The notes under the pieces were generated by a model. It did not search any database and had not been told where the DNA came from. It saw nothing but the letters and a program-made list of their open reading frames with translations. From the NCBI RefSeq assembly GCF_000007005.1, contig NC_002754.1: a DNA stretch of 64,000 nt; one strand, given 5' to 3'. Shown here piece after piece: positions 63,585 to 64,000 of this stretch. Positions within the stretch are counted from its first letter, which is position 1, and every line of letters begins with the position of its first letter. Both the position numbers and the translations under genes were made by a program. The stretch is from Saccharolobus solfataricus P2 (GTDB lineage: Archaea; Thermoproteota; Thermoprotei_A; Sulfolobales; Sulfolobaceae).

Positions 63585-63633
63585 AAAAGATCACCTTAAA
63601 AACTTTTTGATTCTGCATTTATAAATCCCTCTT

Positions 63634-64000
63634 TTAAATAAGTACGTTTTTAATTAAGCCTAATTCTGGGAACTCCATGATGCCTTCTCCCTCAATTATA
63701 ATATAAGGTTTCGCTTTTTCTAATATGGTATGTTCTTTTATCAAATTACTCATGTAGTTTGAATGTATTAATGATATGTCATTCCCTGCTTGATATATTC
63801 CAATTGCAGGCAATACTATAACTTGAGAGTTTTCCCTTTCTTTTATTGGAATTGATAGAAAGCATTGCAATTTCCTAGAGAAACCCAACTTATCTCTTAT
63901 GGATATTCTCGGATGTTCATGACCTATAATGTAAGTCGTATTATTTCTCGGTTCCACTACTTTATGTCCATGAGTTATGAGGATTTCTCCAAGATCTAAC
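63634..64000 (-). CDS. C-terminal part of a calcineurin-like metallophosphoesterase (COG1407 type); 5' end outside the window
   Basis: Frame stays open to the window edge: ...ILITHGH...IIGHEHP...CFL...VLPA. Confidence 0.8.
   Translation of the reverse strand, partial: LDLGEILITHGHKVVEPRNNTTYIIGHEHPRISIRDKLGFSRKLQCFLSIPIKERENSQVIVLPAIGIYQAGNDISLIHSNYMSNLIKEHTILEKAKPYIIIEGEGIMEFPELGLIKNVLI

Overview
AT-rich, gene-dense core-chromosome segment of a Sulfolobales archaeon. Gene content and proteins match Saccharolobus solfataricus as I recall them; this is recognition, not a database result. From start to end it carries: an nre-PHP-asd-ask-thrC operon; UbiD; the ESCRT-III paralogue CdvB2; PEP synthase; inositol-1-phosphate synthase; acylphosphatase; trpB2-A-D-F-E-G-C plus aspartate aminotransferase; valS; ogg; serA; rpo6; topA; the cdvABC division operon; enolase; glycine cleavage genes; sufCBD (sufC frameshifted); tRNA-Thr(UGU, intron) and tRNA-Gln(CUG); class II ribonucleotide reductase; gatDE; rps30e; nop5-fibrillarin; trm1; TFE-beta; TFB2; gar1; TBP. 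I found no IS element, integrase or CRISPR array. The most interesting signals are outside the ORF track. (1) Five box C/D guide-RNA loci sit at gene junctions. One is a three-module C/D cassette filling the gap after gatE, and its last guide pairs with the D-loop of the tRNA-Gln gene in this window (predicted Gm18). Another has a guide that fits tRNA-Lys(UUU) U34. (2) An unlisted aCcr1-like ribbon-helix-helix gene reads into the antisense tRNA-Thr and stops inside its intron. AGTATTA boxes occur at cdvA (twice), cdvB2 and nrdJ, and cdvA and nrdJ share a 15-bp identical element. (3) TBP apparently has to start at a non-canonical ATC codon. (4) sufC has a 1-nt insertion in its ABC signature motif.
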